From contig OX597829.1 of NCBI GenBank assembly GCA_951406725.2, positions 28,148,001-28,212,000 of the forward strand: DNA of 64,000 bases, written 5' to 3'. This document shows positions 12,278 to 24,829 of this stretch, one piece after another. Under the pieces are notes generated by a model. The model saw nothing but the letters and a program-made list of their open reading frames with translations. It was not told the origin of the DNA and ran no database searches. A program made the position numbers and the translations under genes. This DNA comes from Octopus vulgaris (taxonomy: Eukaryota). Numbering within the stretch: the first letter of the stretch is position 1; every line of letters begins with the position of its first letter.

Positions 12278-12489
12278 ATGGCCTAGCGGTTAGGGCAGCG
12301 GACTTGCGGTCGGAGGATCGCGGTTTCGATTCCCAGACCGGGCGTTGTGTGTGTTTATTGAGCGAAAAAAACACCTAAAAGCTCCACGAGGCTCCGGCAG
12401 GAGGTGGTGATCCCTGCTGTACTCTTTCACCACTCTAAAAGGCGGTGCTCCAGCATGGCCGCAGTCAAATGACTGAAACAAGTACAAAA

Positions 12490-12506
<17 letters not shown>
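12278..12506 (+). mobile_element. Chimeric tRNA-SINE in (TA)n with poly(A)
   Basis: Head as at 6088; 3' end ggcggtgctccagcatggccgcagtcaaatgactgaaacaagta from the abundant SINE family. Confidence 0.8.
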
Positions 12507-12520
<14 letters not shown>

Positions 12521-12619
12521 CCATTATACACAACTGTAGTTCTTCAGTTGGTGTACACATTCTCTAACAATTTCATGTAGTCTCCTTTGACTCCCTTTTT
12601 ATTCCTGTGCTTTTTGTAT

Positions 12620-13685
12620 ATCATCAATTTCTATGCAATCAAAGGCTTTTTCAAAATCCACAATTGTAGAATTGACTGTTTAGGGTTGATATCAAAATTG
12701 GTAAAAGAGTCAGACAAGGAGATACCATGTCACCCAAATTATTCACGTCTATATTAGAAAAGGTTTTCAAAAACACATATTGGTCAAATAAAGGAATACA
12801 TATAAATAGAAGCATGCTAAATCATCCCATATTGTACTTAATTTCCAGGAGCAATAAAAATAATCAACAGAAATGCTCAGAGAACTAAAAGAAGAAAGGA
12901 AAAAAATGTGAACTCGGAATTAAATTTAATAAAACAAAGATACTCTCAAACCATCTAATCACAGTTGGAAATGTAGTAATAGGTGATGAAATAGTTGAAC
13001 ATGTAAACTAATGCACCTATCATCATCATCACCACCACTGCTGCCACCACCACTTCCACGGCCGCCGCTACCACTGCCGCTGCCACCTCCACCACCACCG
13101 TCATCATCACCACCACCTATCTTGGATAAATAATATGCTTAAAGGGAAAAAACAGACCAAAGAAAAGGAACAACAAATAGAATTAAGATGGACAGCTGTT
13201 GATAAATTGAATCACATCATTGTGATTCAATTTACCAAAAGCTATAATTTGCCAATAATTTGGCTATAATTTACCAAAAGGCAGTAATTTGTCTATGTGT
13301 CTAAAAAGAAAGGTCTTCGACCAGTATGTGCCTTTATGCATGCATCAGAAACATGGGCTACAAACAAAAGCATTGAAAATAAATTAAGAGCAACATAAAG
13401 ATCATGGAAAGGAAAAAGCTAAAGATTACCAAAATGGATAAGTGGAGAAATAACAGGATAAGAGTAGCAACAGGTTTAATGGATATTATCTAGAAAATAA
13501 AAAGTTTGAAATGGTTTTTTGCAGGATATGTATTTAGAAAAGATAACAAATGGAATACCAAACTGATATCACATCCAGAAAAAAAAAGGAGGGAAGGACC
13601 ATGTAGAAGCTGGAATGAAGGCCATGGTTGATGGAGAGAACAGACAGAGGTATCTGTCCAACATGTGCAAGGATGACGATAATGA
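12620..13685 (+). mobile_element. Degenerate RTE LINE reverse-transcriptase fragment
   Basis: RVRQGDTMSPKLFT at about 12707; LSMCLKRKVFDQ at about 13288; ~130 bp also present at 12135-12262. Confidence 0.8.
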
Positions 13686-14788
13686 TATATATATATATAT
13701 ATATATATAATGGGCTATTTTCAGTTTCTGTTAACCAGATCTAATCAAAAGGCTTTGATCAACCCAGAGCTAGATTAGATTAGGAAACACTTGTTTGCAC
13801 AACACACCTGTCCTCACTAATTACAGTAATTACAGTTCACATCACAGGACCTCATAAAGAACATTCTTCTCCTATTTCTTTCTTCCTGGAATTCATTTTC
13901 CGTCCATGTTTACTTTAAAGATGTCTTTTAACAGAAGTCCAAATTAAACATCAATTGTATTGATCATTGCTGATCTTGGAAAGTGTGAAAAGGGAATTAG
14001 AAAAGAAGCAAAGAAAACAAATGAGAAGAAAGAAATTAACATGAGACAGATTGCTGCTTTCCTATCAGGAATGACATTTTTATCTCTACTTAACACTCTA
14101 GAAATTAGTACTATTTTATGGACATGTGAATTATCCCTGTGATTTATTCAAGTGCCAATCTAATCTATTCATTGAGACTTCTAGAGATATCTAAGTCTGC
14201 CACAACTGATACCTGGTTAATTCACTGAGGTTAATTCATTAGGCTAATTACATCACATTAAATACATTACCTGTAAATTTTACTGCATGGCACTTTCATC
14301 ACAACATAGTAATTATATCACAGACCAATTCATTGTCAGTTAATTTATCAACATGCCAAGTAGATTGTTAGTAAATTCAGCACCAAGCTAAATACCTGTA
14401 ATTTATTGCAGATAAATTCATTGCCATGTCTTTTTGTTTTGTTTTTTACAGCAGAATAAATACATTACAGAGCATTATTTAATGGTATTCAAGAGGCCTC
14501 GTTATATCATCATCATCATCATAATTTAACATCCATGTTGGAATGGGTTGCATGGCATGACAGAAACAGATGTGTCCAATGACTGCATGGAGCTCCAATG
14601 TCTGCTTTGGCATGGTTTCTACAGCTGGATTCCCATCCTAATTTCAACCATTTTACAGTGTGGACTAAGTACCTTTTTTTCAAGCTTCCCACACACACTA
14701 TTGAGGTTGCCATGTAGTTTGGAGGACTAAAAGCCCTGGGGTTGGTCATGGTTCAGCTATATATTAGGAGATGAGAGGAATAATAGTA

Positions 14789-14848
<60 letters not shown>

Positions 14849-15084
14849 TACATACATATATAATCATTATGCATCAGTGTCTACTTTGGCATGGTTTCTA
14901 CAACTGGAAGCCCTACCTAATATCAACCACTTTACAGAGTGTACTGAGAACCTTTCCTAGTAACACCAGAACTAGTGAGGATACCATGCTGCCTCTAAAA
15001 CTATGAAACCTTCAATTAAGTGGGGGCTAGTGTAAAGAGAGTGAGGGGTGGCTTTATGCAAAGAGATAAGAGGTAAAATATAAA

Positions 15085-15392
15085 AAATATATATATACAC
15101 ACGCACACACACACACACATATATGTATACATATATATATATGCATACACACACACACACATATATATGTATACATGTATATGCACATATATATATATGT
15201 ATGTATACATATATATTCACATATATATGCACATATATATATGTATACATATATATGCACATATATATATATATGTATACATATATATGCACATATATAA
15301 ATGTATACATACATATGCACATATATATATGTATACATACATATGCACATATATATATATGTATACATACATATGCACATATATATATATGT

Positions 15393-15480
<88 letters not shown>
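15085..15480. repeat. Compound (TA)n/(CA)n microsatellite with ~26-bp minisatellite units
   Basis: Repeated atatatgtatacatacatatgcac units; source of the YI/CI-rich spurious ORFs. Confidence 0.95.
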
Positions 15481-15482
<2 letters not shown>

Positions 15483-15703
15483 AAAATATGGGATTTTAGT
15501 TCACAGGTGATCTAAACGTCTAGCTATGCTGGGTAAGTGGTGTTACAGATTACCAGGGCTCCAAGATTATAGTCAACACAGGAGTTGTGGAACTTTTGTT
15601 GATTTCCAGTTTGGCAGATATATAATTGTTAAAGAGGACAACAAACATTAAGGCAAGACAAACATCTCAAGTCATTTACATTGTTATTATTGGAAAAATT
15701 CAA

Positions 15704-15760
15704 AGTCTTACAGCTGTTTCTGGGATATTCCAAAGTATGGGATATTCTATCATTGGGGAC
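15704..15760 (-). ncRNA. Degenerate hammerhead in the left (inverted) pseudo-LTR
   Basis: GUCC-CCAAUGA-stem II-GAAA-CAGCUG-UA-AGAC. Confidence 0.5.
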
Positions 15761-17849
15761 AAATAGGGAACATGTGAGGGGAACAGATTAATGAAATGAT
15801 CACATAGAGGCCAGGAGAAAGGGAATAAAGAAATGAAGAAAAATAGGCAAAAAGAATCATAAAAGTTCACAGTTCAACTTTCTGATAGTGTAGATGTCAG
15901 TCCTTAGGTGCAATCCTGTGTAAATCCATGTATGGTTATAGCCTTAATAAATTCGATATATTCCTCAATGGAACATATTGTATTTATTAAGAAGCAGCTA
16001 CACAAATCCTATAGGATAGCCCCATGGTCAACACCAATCAATGCAAGCTTGTAAATACAATTAAAGTTGATGACCGAAAGGAATCCTGCAACCCAAGAGC
16101 CCTACACTTCAGTCTGAAGGACCATAAACCAGACCTCTCAACTAAACGCTCTATAAGACTCATCTGACCCACTAAATCTGATTTAGCAAAAATATACTAG
16201 ATAGAATCATACCTACTATTAGAAAGAAGCTAAACATAAACTTATGGTCCTGCACAGGCAAGGTCATCACCTGGTTCCACCTGCTTCAAAACAAAAACAC
16301 TTCCTCGCTCCTACAATTTGACATCAACAACTACTACGCTTTCATATCACCAATTCTCCTTAAAGACGCTCTGACTCTAGCTAAAAACTTAACCAACATA
16401 ACCTCCTTAAAAATTGATGTAATTCTATCTGCCAAGAAGATTCTCATCACCTTCGATAATAAGCTTTGGTCCCATGCTAACCTCAATATTAATAGAAACA
16501 ATTTCTTTGATATAATCATGGGCTCATCCGATTCTACTCAGGTCACAGATCTAGTCAGGTTGTACCACCTTCAACAGCTCTACATGTAATTCCCCCACAT
16601 CAAAAGAGGTTTATATAGAGGTGATGCATTGTTAATTGCAACAGGCCTACCAAAATTTGCATTAAAAGGAAGTAGAAATCTCTTATGTAAATTCTTTGCT
16701 GGCTTTAACTTATCTGTCTCTTTTGAAAACTTTTACAAGACAGAAAACTTTCTAGATGTTGCGTTAGATTTAAACTCTTTACTTTACTTCCCATATCATG
16801 AACCCAATCAATACCTTAAGTACATCAATAAATTTAGCCACCATAAATTTACTTTCAAGAGTTTAGTCAAAGGCATGTCCATCAGAATATCCGATCTATC
16901 TGCCACCGAGAAAATCTTCAATAACTACGCCACTTACTACGACCAAGTTGTAGCTACAAGTGGTTTCTCGCAGAAGATTAGATTTATAACCAACACGAGA
17001 TTTAAAGAACAGCTCTCTGAGCTTAACCCTAGAGGAGCGCGCCCACATATTGGATACCCAAAACCCCCCACTATAATTATACAATCTCGCCCACCTACCA
17101 CCCATATACATAACAATTTAAGAATACTAACACCAAACCCTCCAGCTCTAATCTAACATGCACTAGGAATTACACATCCTCAAATTAGCCAAATAAAAAC
17201 GGTGGGAGATATATTCTCTGGTACACATCTTTAAATGTTAATGGCCTTGCTAAAGCATTCTTTAAAATAGTAGGGTCTAATTCCCCATGTAACCACAATT
17301 ATCATTCAATCTTTAACAGACCCACTTTAAAATTATTCTATTCCTCTACTCCAAATATAGAATCTATTATCACTTCATTTAACAAACATAAACTTAGCTC
17401 TTACTATCCAAATGCATACAACCCTACCATAGACCTACATAACAAAAACATTAACATCAATCACAATAATATATCCAACAACCCCAGCACTAACACTTTA
17501 AATAACTTAAACATACATAATATAGACGCCACCTTGGAAGAAAATCGACACATAGTTGATACTAATGCCAATACTAATAGGAATACTGATACTAACAGTA
17601 CTAATTATACTATAACCACTACAACTACTAATAATACTAGCAACAATACTGATACTACCACCAATGGCAATATTACCATTACCGAAAATAATACTATTAC
17701 TAACACTCTCACCACAAGTGCTACTACTAATAGTTACAATAATAATAACACTAACACCACCACGACTACCACTGCTACTATTACTACTAATAGTAATAAT
17801 AATAATAATTATAATAGCGATGGTGATAACAATAATGGCAATAATAATG

Positions 17850-17917
<68 letters not shown>

Positions 17918-18851
17918 GGTAATGATGGCAATGATATTGATAATAGAAATAATAGCAATGATAACAACAATATCATCACCTGATACAACCCTAGCCTTTA
18001 GCTCGTCTGCTAGTAGCATTCCTTCATCCCTCTCTCCAACTAACCATCCTAGAACAGATAGCTGCAACTGCAGATCTGGGACTGACTGCCCACTGCAAGC
18101 TCAGTGCAGAAGATTCAACGTGGCATACTAATACACAGTCCACAACATATTAAATAACTCCAATAGCTACTATATTGGATCAACCACTAATTTTAAACAA
18201 AAATATTCTGTACATATAAACTCATTTAAATATAAAGAGCAAAGAGCATAGCAATTCCATATCACTAGCCAGTCATGTACACCCTCTAATTAATAGAAAA
18301 ACGCAATATAAACTTTCTTGGGCTATAATAGATTCTTATTTCTTTATAGCTCACAAGGGGATAAACACAGAGGGGACAAACAAGGACAGACAAAGGGATT
18401 AAATCGATTACATCGACCCCAGTGAGTAACTGGTACTTAATCTATCAACCCCGAAAGGATGAAAGGCAAAGTCAACCTCGGCGGAATTTGAACTCAGAAC
18501 GTAAACATTAACCTATTAAATCCCCTAATATTTAGTTGTAACTTTTATTTCTAAATAATTTAACATTCAACTGGTTTCTCCATTCACGACTACCTACACA
18601 CTCATACCCCCATAGCTACAAATATTTCTACAGCCACTGACCTTAGCCATAAAACGGACACAAACACTTACTAGATTTTCTCCCCAGCCCCTACAAACTA
18701 GTAGACTAGAACTGGCACCTACTATTCTCTTTGAATCCTTTTCATTTTACCTTTTATATTTTTTTTACGTTATCTTCCTTTACCTCCTCCTCTCCCCTTA
18801 TTTACTGTCATATATTTATTTATTTATCTTCTTGCTTATTTTTGTACATTA

Positions 18852-19251
18852 CTAGCAGTATCGCCCGGCGTTGCTCGGGTTTGTAAGGGAAATAACTATA
18901 TAAGCATTTTTAGAGAGTTATAGCCAAAACAAAAAGCAAAAAAGTGCATTAAAAATGGGAAAAAAATTATGGTAAATTTTTTTTTAAATCGTTAACTCAT
19001 CGTAGACATTTTTAGAGAGTTACTTCCCTTATATAATAGCGAAAAAATGCATTAAAATGGAAAAAAATTATGGTAAATTTTTTTTTAAATCGTAGACTCA
19101 TCATAGACGCGCACTAATACCCAGAAGGGCTCGATATGAATCACGACTATAAGATACCCGGTTTTGGTTAAACTGCACCGCAAAATGTGGGAGTAGTTAG
19201 GAATCTAAATCGTAGGAGACAGACACACAACTTCTCTTTTATATATAAAGA
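18852..19251 (-). mobile_element. Non-autonomous Helitron-like element inside the Penelope element
   Basis: 5' TC, 3' hairpin cccgagcaacgccggg + CTAG, A|T insertion; partial copy at about 61330-61572. Confidence 0.8.
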
Positions 19252-19630
19252 TATTTCTACATACCCTATTTTATCCTTGCTTTCTTCCTCCACTTTCTGT
19301 ACCTCCTTCTTCCCTACCAATACCTTACTCTCTTTCTATTTATTTTTTCCTCTTTATTCCTTAATAGCCACCTCTGCTGCCATTCTCTTTCAAAACTTTG
19401 ATACATTCACATTTATTCTATGGATATTTACACTATTAAGGCTATAACCATACATGGATTTACACAGGATTGCACCTAAGGATGTATGGACTGACATCTA
19501 CACTATCAGAAAGTTGAACTATGAACTTTTATGCTTCTTTTTTCCTATTTTTCTTCATTTCTTTATTCTCGTTCTCCTGTCCTCTATGTCACTGTTTCAT
19601 TAATCTATATTCCTCACATTTTCCCTATTT

Positions 19631-19686
19631 GTCTCCGATGACAGAATATCCCATACTTTGGGATATCTCAGAAACAACTGTAAGAC
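19631..19686 (+). ncRNA. Hammerhead-like motif in the right pseudo-LTR
   Basis: GUCU-CCGAUGA-(AUAUCCCA..UGGGAUAU)-GAAA-CAACUG-UA-AGAC. Confidence 0.6.
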
Positions 19687-19915
19687 TTTGAATTTTTCCA
19701 ATAACATTAATATAAATGACTTGAGATGTTTGTCTTGCCTTAATGTTTGTTGTCCTCTTTAACAATTACATAATAATAATAATAATAATAATAATAGGGA
19801 ATATTATTCCAAACCTACAGGGAAAAATTCAATTTAGAAATATGAAATCAAATTTCATAAAATATAATATATATATATATAATGAAATTTTCTACAAATA
19901 CCTTTCAGTGGTCTT

Positions 19916-20116
19916 CTAATTATATTGGAATTTAATGTAGGAATAAAAATCTTTAAACCCTGGGCGTGCACCCAATGTTATCTCGGGTAGCTTTGGGGGC
20001 TGCATTCGCCCGTGAACCGTTATGTAGTCTCCATTGATATATAGAAGTGTTTCTCGATCAGGGTCCAAAGAACCCTTCGGGGTGAGTTTATATAAGATTT
20101 CGCTGTTAAAATTTAT
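19916..20116 (-). other. Orphan terminal-exon-like ORF (66 aa)
   Basis: ctaat branch point + ttattgcAG acceptor; INFNSEIL...LLYINGD...ITLGARPGFKDFYSYIKFQYN*; no upstream exon found. Confidence 0.35.
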
Positions 20117-20316
20117 CTGCAATAAATTAGTTATATTGCTACAATTCACAAAACATTTTAACAGTTTTTTAAATACGTTCCTAATAATATTTAATTATAA
20201 AAGTATAATCGGATTTTTTAAACGTTCAATGAGTATGAGGTGCAATATAAGTTCACCCCATCGTGGTTTCTTATTTAAGCTTACATCGATTCCTCCACGG
20301 TGTTGTCTGGCATTTA

Positions 20317-20711
20317 TCTCTTTCTATATAAAGCTGAAGTTGTCTGTATATGGCAGGTTTGGTAGCCTTCAACTAACACTATCTCCTCCGAGACCCTGCG
20401 GCGCAAGTTGACCAAAATTGAGAGCATGATAGAAGAAGGCTTGCTCTTCCTTCCGTAGAAGAAAAAAATTCAAATCAGACCATGTTAACACCAAAAATTA
20501 TTTACATCAAAAAGGTGCTTTTTTTCTATGAAAATCCCAATTTTTTTACGGTTTTTTTTACTGCTGTGACGCCATTTTTTGGTGTATTTCAACAAGAAAA
20601 ATGTTCACTTAAAGAGAATAACAAGCTACATAATGCAAAAGTTTTACTTTTCAAAAATTCCTATTCTAAAGGGTCGAAACAAACCTTAGCAACGCCGGGC
20701 GATACTGCTTG
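20317..20711 (+). mobile_element. Non-autonomous Helitron-like element
   Basis: a|TC..tatataaag start; gcaacgccgggcgatactgcttg|t end. Confidence 0.75.
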
Positions 20712-21359
20712 TTATAAAATAAATGTATACAAATTATAAAAATAGTAAAATATACAGTGCAGTACTGTTTCTACTCCGCGGATTTTCACCTATTGTGGGG
20801 GATTTTGGAACGTAGGTACCAAAAAGGGTCCATAGGTGAAAGTATTGTTGGGAACCACGGATATTGAGGGTAGTTGGTTCTTTCTTAATGTTTAAAGAGC
20901 CAGACACTTTCAGCTACAAGATATCATTCCTGACTAATATTAAGTGTCCAGCACCATGTATGGTGTGTATGTGAACACTTTGCCCTAACATGCGTATCAC
21001 TAGTGACTTCTGCAGCACAGAACGAATGCGATATGCATCGATGCCCATGCTATAAATCGATGTGGCAATTCATATAGTCCATTAAAAACATATCCCAGCA
21101 TACTTCTTTTTACGTCAGTAACGGTTTCAGGGCGTGCGACATCTTTATGTTACATAAAGTAACACAAAGAAAGATTTTTAGAAAATATATTTGTTCATAT
21201 GTTTTAATAATTGGTCTATTCAGGTTTCCACTTGTATTTTATTTGATTTTCCAGTTAATATTGGTTTTTAGATGTCTTCTTTGAATAATTTTTATGCTGT
21301 GAAAGATGTGATGTGGGACGAATCGATTGCAGTTGAGCTTTATTATTTTTTTCCATTAA

Positions 21360-22167
21360 TCTCTCTATATATAAACGGCAGTTTGTCTGTCTGTGTGTCT
21401 GTGTGTCTGTCAGGTTGTACCCTCACCCTGACCACGGCTTTCAACCGATTCTGATGAAACTTGACACACACATAGCCCAATGTCATAATTCAAAACTAAC
21501 GCAGCGAAAATTTTGAAAAGTTCCCCCAGTTCTGAAAAAAAATCGATAAATTCGACATGGGTCGAGAATCTAAGCTTTTTATATGCAACACATTTTCTAC
21601 AGACTGTCTAGGGGACGCAACTCGACCTTTTTAACTCTCGGAACACGTGGGGTAAGTATCCCAAAATGTATAAAAATGTACAAAAACGGCAAAAATGCGG
21701 GCAGCAATGTGAGTGTCAACAACGAAAAAGTCAAAAGTGACCAAACTGAACAAACGAATGGAAAAGGTTTTTTGATGCACACGACAAAAGCGGTTTATAA
21801 TAAACCAAGAGTTTGCAAGTAGCATCCGAGGACCCTTAGGGTACGTCAAAAATTTAAGGTAAAACGTTTGGGGTGGTAGTTATAAAGAAAGTGTAAACAA
21901 AAAAAAGTATTTGAATAACTTGCGGCTGCAGCAGCTATTAGCAGAAGTGGCGGTGTTGGGGGTAAAGTCTCGAATGTAATGTCTTCCTGGTAGGAATTGG
22001 TTGGGTTGAATTATCGATAGCTGTTTGATAGTTATTTGGGAGTGAAGAGAAGGCATTGCAAATAACACATGCGCCTTCGTTCCCTAGAGGGAAAGGACTA
22101 GATTGGGATTAGTCGTTGCCTACTAGGGGCTCTTACATACCCGGGCAACGCTGGGCTATGCTGCTAG
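21360..22167 (+). mobile_element. Non-autonomous Helitron-like element
   Basis: a|TCtctatatataa start with (gtct)n; cccgggcaacgctggg hairpin; CTAG|t end. Confidence 0.8.
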
Positions 22168-23439
22168 TTTTTTCTAAAAATACGACTAAATTACTGAAGC
22201 ATAACTTGAAATGGCGTAAGTTGAGGGATGTCGGTATCTTTTAACTTGTTTTAGGCATTAGACTGCGGCCATGCTGGGGCACCATCCCAAAGAACTTTTA
22301 GTCGAATGAATCGACCCCACTACGTTTTTATTTATTTTTTTTGTGTGTGTTAAAGCCTGGTACTTATTCTATCGATCTGCTTTGCCAGACTACTAAGTCA
22401 TGGTGACGTAAGCACACCAACACTGGTCGACAAGGTGAGGCAGGGGACAAACGCAGACACAAAGGGAGACACACACACACACACATTTATTTATGCACTC
22501 GCATCCGGGTTCAGTCTCACTGTGTGGCCCCTTGGGCAAGTGTCTACTACAATACCCCCAGGCTGACCAAAGCCTTGTGAGTGGATTTGGTAGACAGAAA
22601 CTGAAAGAAAGCCGTTGTGTGTGCGTGTGTTAATGCAATAGAAACAATTGTTGGCTTTATAAGGTTTATAAGGCTTTAATAAAAATGTAATTTTCTCTTT
22701 ACACATTTTTTGTTGTCAAATACTCTGAATTTCTCGAAATTCTACCGCCGGATATTTGGATTTACCTGTCATGCATGAGGATTTACCTGGGATTTGTACT
22801 CTACTTAGATTTACTGGTATCTGTTTGTTGAATATTGTTAAGCAAATTCTTTTAATACTGAGCACTTTATTGATACTTTATTGATATCTGCCTTGGTTTT
22901 TAATGCTGTTTTTCTCATATATATGTATATGTGTGTGTGTGTGTTTATCCCTGATATGACAAAATTCTTCAAGGCAATGTTGTACTTTAATGAAACAGGT
23001 AAAAAAATAAAGTGACTACCTAGGTTAATTAACCTGAGTTTAATTACTGTTTGATGGTATGTTTTGTAGACTTAAAATGGCAACTTTAGAATTTTTGTGG
23101 ACACTCAGGAATTTCACATATATAATGTAAATAATAATTTCTGAGCCAATGAAGGAGTCTATGATTACTAAAATTAATTAAACAAACTTCACTACTGTAT
23201 TGTATATTTTACGAACAAAACATCATGCTTAAAGGATTTGAGGAAACATTCAAGGATTTCAGTGTGTACTTTTCTTTGTGGCCCCTCTGTGTTGTTACCA
23301 AATTTGCTGTGAGATAAGGAGGATATCGAATCTAAATTAATAAAATTGCAAATATTCCGGACACCTCAAATCCCAAACAACTGTAGATTTGCTAGGTAGT
23401 AGACATAAAACATATAGTATATATATATATATATAGATA

Positions 23440-23795
23440 CATGGTTCCGGGTTCAGTCCCACTGTGTGGCATCTTGGGCAAGTGTCTTCTGCTATAGCCC
23501 CGAGCCGACCAATGCCTTGTGAGTGGATTTGGTAGATGGAAACTGAAAGAAGCCTGTCATATATATGTATATATATATATAAGTGTGTGTGTATATGTTT
23601 GTGTGTCTGTGTTTGTTCCCCTAGCATTGCTTGACAACCGATGCTGGTGTGTTTACGTCCCCGTCACTTAGCGGTTCGGCAAAAGAGACCGATAGAATAA
23701 GTACTGGGCTTACAAAGAATAAGTCCCGGGGTCGATTTGCTCGACTAAAGGCGGTGCTCCAGCATGGCCGCAGTTAAATGACTGAAACAAGTAAA
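23440..23795 (+). mobile_element. Well-preserved abundant tRNA-SINE (5'-truncated)
   Basis: High identity to 2660-3110 with CpGs retained. Confidence 0.85.
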
Positions 23796-23797
23796 AA

Positions 23798-23841
<44 letters not shown>

Positions 23842-24829
23842 TAGAAAAAAAAACACCTTTTATCAATTCAAAAATGAAAAAATAAATTATACCATATAAA
23901 AAAAAATTACATCCTATAGAAAAAAATTAAATATAAGATTAAAAACATATACCAATGATTAAGTAAAGTACAAGATATTAAATATAACAAGATAATAAAT
24001 ATTATATATATATATTATATAATGAGCTTCTTTCAGTTTCTGTCTACAAAATCCACTCACAAGGCTCTGCCAAGCCTGGGGGATGTAGTAGAAGATACTT
24101 TCTCTAGGTGCCATATAGTAGGACTGAAACTGGAGCCATATGGTTGGGAAGTACACTTCTTACTACACAGTCTTGCCTGTACTTATTGGTAATAATAATA
24201 CAGTAGGCAGAGGAAGAAGTGAGAGATGACACAGGTGAATAGGCAAATAGATTGCAAGAGTGTGAGGAGAAAAGCTGATGTAATACATAGGGAGAATGAG
24301 AAAAGTATGGTGGTGGAAGAGATTTAATTCAGTAACAGAGAAGGATGATCAAAGTAAAATGTGAGTAGAGAGGGACAATATTAAGAGTGAAGGTTGGATG
24401 TGAAGTGAAGTAATTCAAGGTAGGGAGAAACAATAACAATATCACAGAAAATATACAATTCTGCTCTCATTGAATGACTACTACAATTGGGCAAGTGATA
24501 GAGAGATGGCAGAAATATTTTGAGGAGGAAATTGAGCAAGGGTCTCATGGAAATATCTAGTCATGGAGAAATCTTACCTGAAACAGGTGAAGGCTGGCAA
24601 TGGAAAACCTGCATTAAGAAATTCCATCCAATCAAGTAGCATGAAAAAGTGGGCATCAAAATAGTGATCGTGATTCTGCTGCTCTTCATCCCTTTCTGTA
24701 CGGTTAGTCATCACACAACCATCAATCATTTCTACTCAATCTGTATAGTCATCACCTGCTTGTTTTTTACATCCCCTCCAATATATTACATTTAGCTTCC
24801 AAAATCTCACTTTCAGAAAGACGATGAAC

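Larger units (their letters stand above)
15624..19770 (+). mobile_element. Penelope-like retroelement (Naiad-type), degraded, with inverted pseudo-LTRs
   Basis: RT motifs LLQFDINNYY, FDIIMGS, GLYRGDAL and NFLDV; CNCx5Cx5C followed by a GIY-YIG-like AY..YYIGST; 15624-15950 is inverted relative to 19435-19770. Confidence 0.85.

Noticed and set aside
14788-15515. Long YI/CI-rich ORFs (also 8791-9364)
   Set aside because: Translations of (TA)n/(TACA)n microsatellites
17507-18131. Poly-Asn/poly-Ile ORFs as host genes
   Set aside because: (AAT)n tract inside a Penelope-like element
21451-21480. CTGATGA as a hammerhead core (also 41286, 62178)
   Set aside because: No stem II/GAAA/UH arrangement follows
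22740-22830. Two minus-strand CAG|GTAAAT donors as an upstream exon for the 19916-20116 ORF
   Set aside because: No convincing acceptor or start, and no recognisable peptide
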